A stretch of DNA of 64,000 bases from Chitinophagales bacterium (GTDB lineage Bacteria; Bacteroidota; Bacteroidia; Chitinophagales; BACL12): assembly GCA_041392955.1 (NCBI GenBank), contig JAWKLB010000001.1, forward strand, positions 37,344 to 101,343. Direction: 5' to 3'. This document shows, one piece after another, positions 63,112 through 64,000 of the stretch. Position 1 is the first letter of the stretch, and the number at the start of each line of letters is the position of its first letter. Both the position numbers and the translations under genes were made by a program. The notes beneath the pieces were generated by a model. That model ran no database searches, was not told the origin of the DNA, and saw only the letters and a list, made by a program, of their open reading frames with translations.

Positions 63112-64000
63112 TCCAGATCAACGATGCACTGCCGAGTATGGCTGCCTCACTTTCTTTCAATCCACTGGGCAGGATCGGTATTTTATTTTTATAAATAGGC
63201 AGCAAATTCTTTTCAAAGTTTTCGATGGTGGGTTTAAATAACAGATCTCCTGCTTGCGCAAGTCCGCCAAATAAAAAGATCTTTTCAGGACGCGTATAGC
63301 ACACCGAGTTGGCAAGTGCAAAGCCAAGGGTCTCGCCTGTTTTTTGAAATGCTTCAAGTGCGATAGCGTCACCGTCTTCCGCTTTTTTACATATTTCCGC
63401 ACTATCCATCATATTGCCGATGCTGGTGCGAAAGGTATCGACATTCTCAGCACGCAATAATTCATAATATGTTTTTACAATTCCGGTAGCGCTGGCATAT
63501 TGTTCCAGGCAGCCGCGTCGCCCGCATCCGCACAAACGGCCATTCGGAAATACAATGATATGTCCCAATTCGCCGGCCAGACTATCATATCCGTAAGCGA
63601 TACGTCCATTCACTACAATTCCGCTTCCCAATCCCGTTCCCAGAGTGATGAACAGAAAATCTTTCATGCCTTTGGCGTTGCCGAAATACATCTCGCCCAA
63701 TGCAGCAGCTTTTGCATCATTGGTCAAGGCGGCGGGGACACCCATAGCATCTGAAAATAATTTTTTCAGCGGGATGATATCCTTCCAGGGAAGATTCGGG
63801 GCAAATTCAACATTACCTGTATAGTAATTTCCATTCGGCGAACCAATGCCCACACCTTTTAATGTAAATGATTGCGTTGCAGCAGTTTTGGTATACCAGG
63901 CAAAAAGATCGATAGGTAATTGGGCCGGATCGGGGTAGCCCTTGGTTTTTACTTTGTCGGTTGCAAGTATCTTCCCGGCTCTGTCAACAATACCGAATTT
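63089..64000 (-). CDS. ROK family sugar kinase (glucokinase-like); 5' end outside window
   Basis: GELGHIIV...RLCGCGRRGCLEQYASATG is the ROK zinc motif. The frame stays open to base 64000 (KFGIVDRAGKILATDKV...), so the ORF-track start at 63853 is internal. There is a 23-nt overlap with the GH92 start. Confidence 0.85.
   Translation of the reverse strand, partial: KFGIVDRAGKILATDKVKTKGYPDPAQLPIDLFAWYTKTAATQSFTLKGVGIGSPNGNYYTGNVEFAPNLPWKDIIPLKKLFSDAMGVPAALTNDAKAAALGEMYFGNAKGMKDFLFITLGTGLGSGIVVNGRIAYGYDSLAGELGHIIVFPNGRLCGCGRRGCLEQYASATGIVKTYYELLRAENVDTFRTSIGNMMDSAEICKKAEDGDAIALEAFQKTGETLGFALANSVCYTRPEKIFLFGGLAQAGDLLFKPTIENFEKNLLPIYKNKIPILPSGLKESEAAILGSASLIWNELDAKT

Overview
This is a Bacteroidota-type chromosomal segment. 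Evidence for that placement: several proteins end in type-A T9SS C-terminal sorting domains, TAnnTTTG-like -7 boxes occur, and the gene order rplM-rpsI-rpsB-tsf is present. I call about 70 protein-coding genes. Almost all genes from 1 to 44 kb are on the + strand.

Gene content:
- Many small stress or xenobiotic-type proteins, often present as paralogues: 2 ArsR+SRPBCC pairs, 2 further SRPBCC-like proteins, 2 VOC/glyoxalase, 2 YdeI, DUF1801, DoxX, DUF4256, YciI-like, and 4 SAM/FkbM methyltransferases.
- Signalling proteins: 2 AraC-type regulators and a TPR-adenylate cyclase.
- Six T9SS cargo proteins: 2 paralogous propeller-repeat proteins, a delta-60-repeat protein, an SBBP/MopE protein, a beta-lactamase-fold hydrolase, and a 1320-aa tail-fibre-like adhesin.
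- A five-gene minus-strand operon (44.2-47.3 kb), a core translation operon, a GH92 mannosidase and a partial ROK kinase.

I recognised no tRNA, rRNA, CRISPR array, transposase, integrase or defence genes.

The most unusual signal is non-coding.
1. A REP/BIME-like family of 22-23 nt imperfect palindromes has an invariant GTCTCC(A)GAC core. It forms tandem arrays at four intergenic loci. Compensatory arm substitutions and stem-swapped short relatives argue for a selected structure.
2. A mosaic family of intergenic elements is built from period-7 tandem arrays: AAAAATG, CATTCAC, AGTACTC-type AGTAATC, CCCTGAC, and telomere-like GGTTAGG/CCCTAAC. These are combined with conserved GC-rich mini-hairpin pairs and an AGTACT anchor. 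Copies differ by exact multiples of 7 nt. The elements abut stop or start codons and flank the tail-fibre-like gene on both sides.

On the coding side, the best candidate for an undescribed system is three adjacent DUF4242-domain genes: a DUF4242-cyclase-like-AraC regulator, a stand-alone copy, and a secreted tandem copy. Two genes look disrupted: an SDR with an in-frame TAG and a frameshifted PepSY-like gene.

All product calls come from motif recognition by eye. No database search, folding or alignment program was run.
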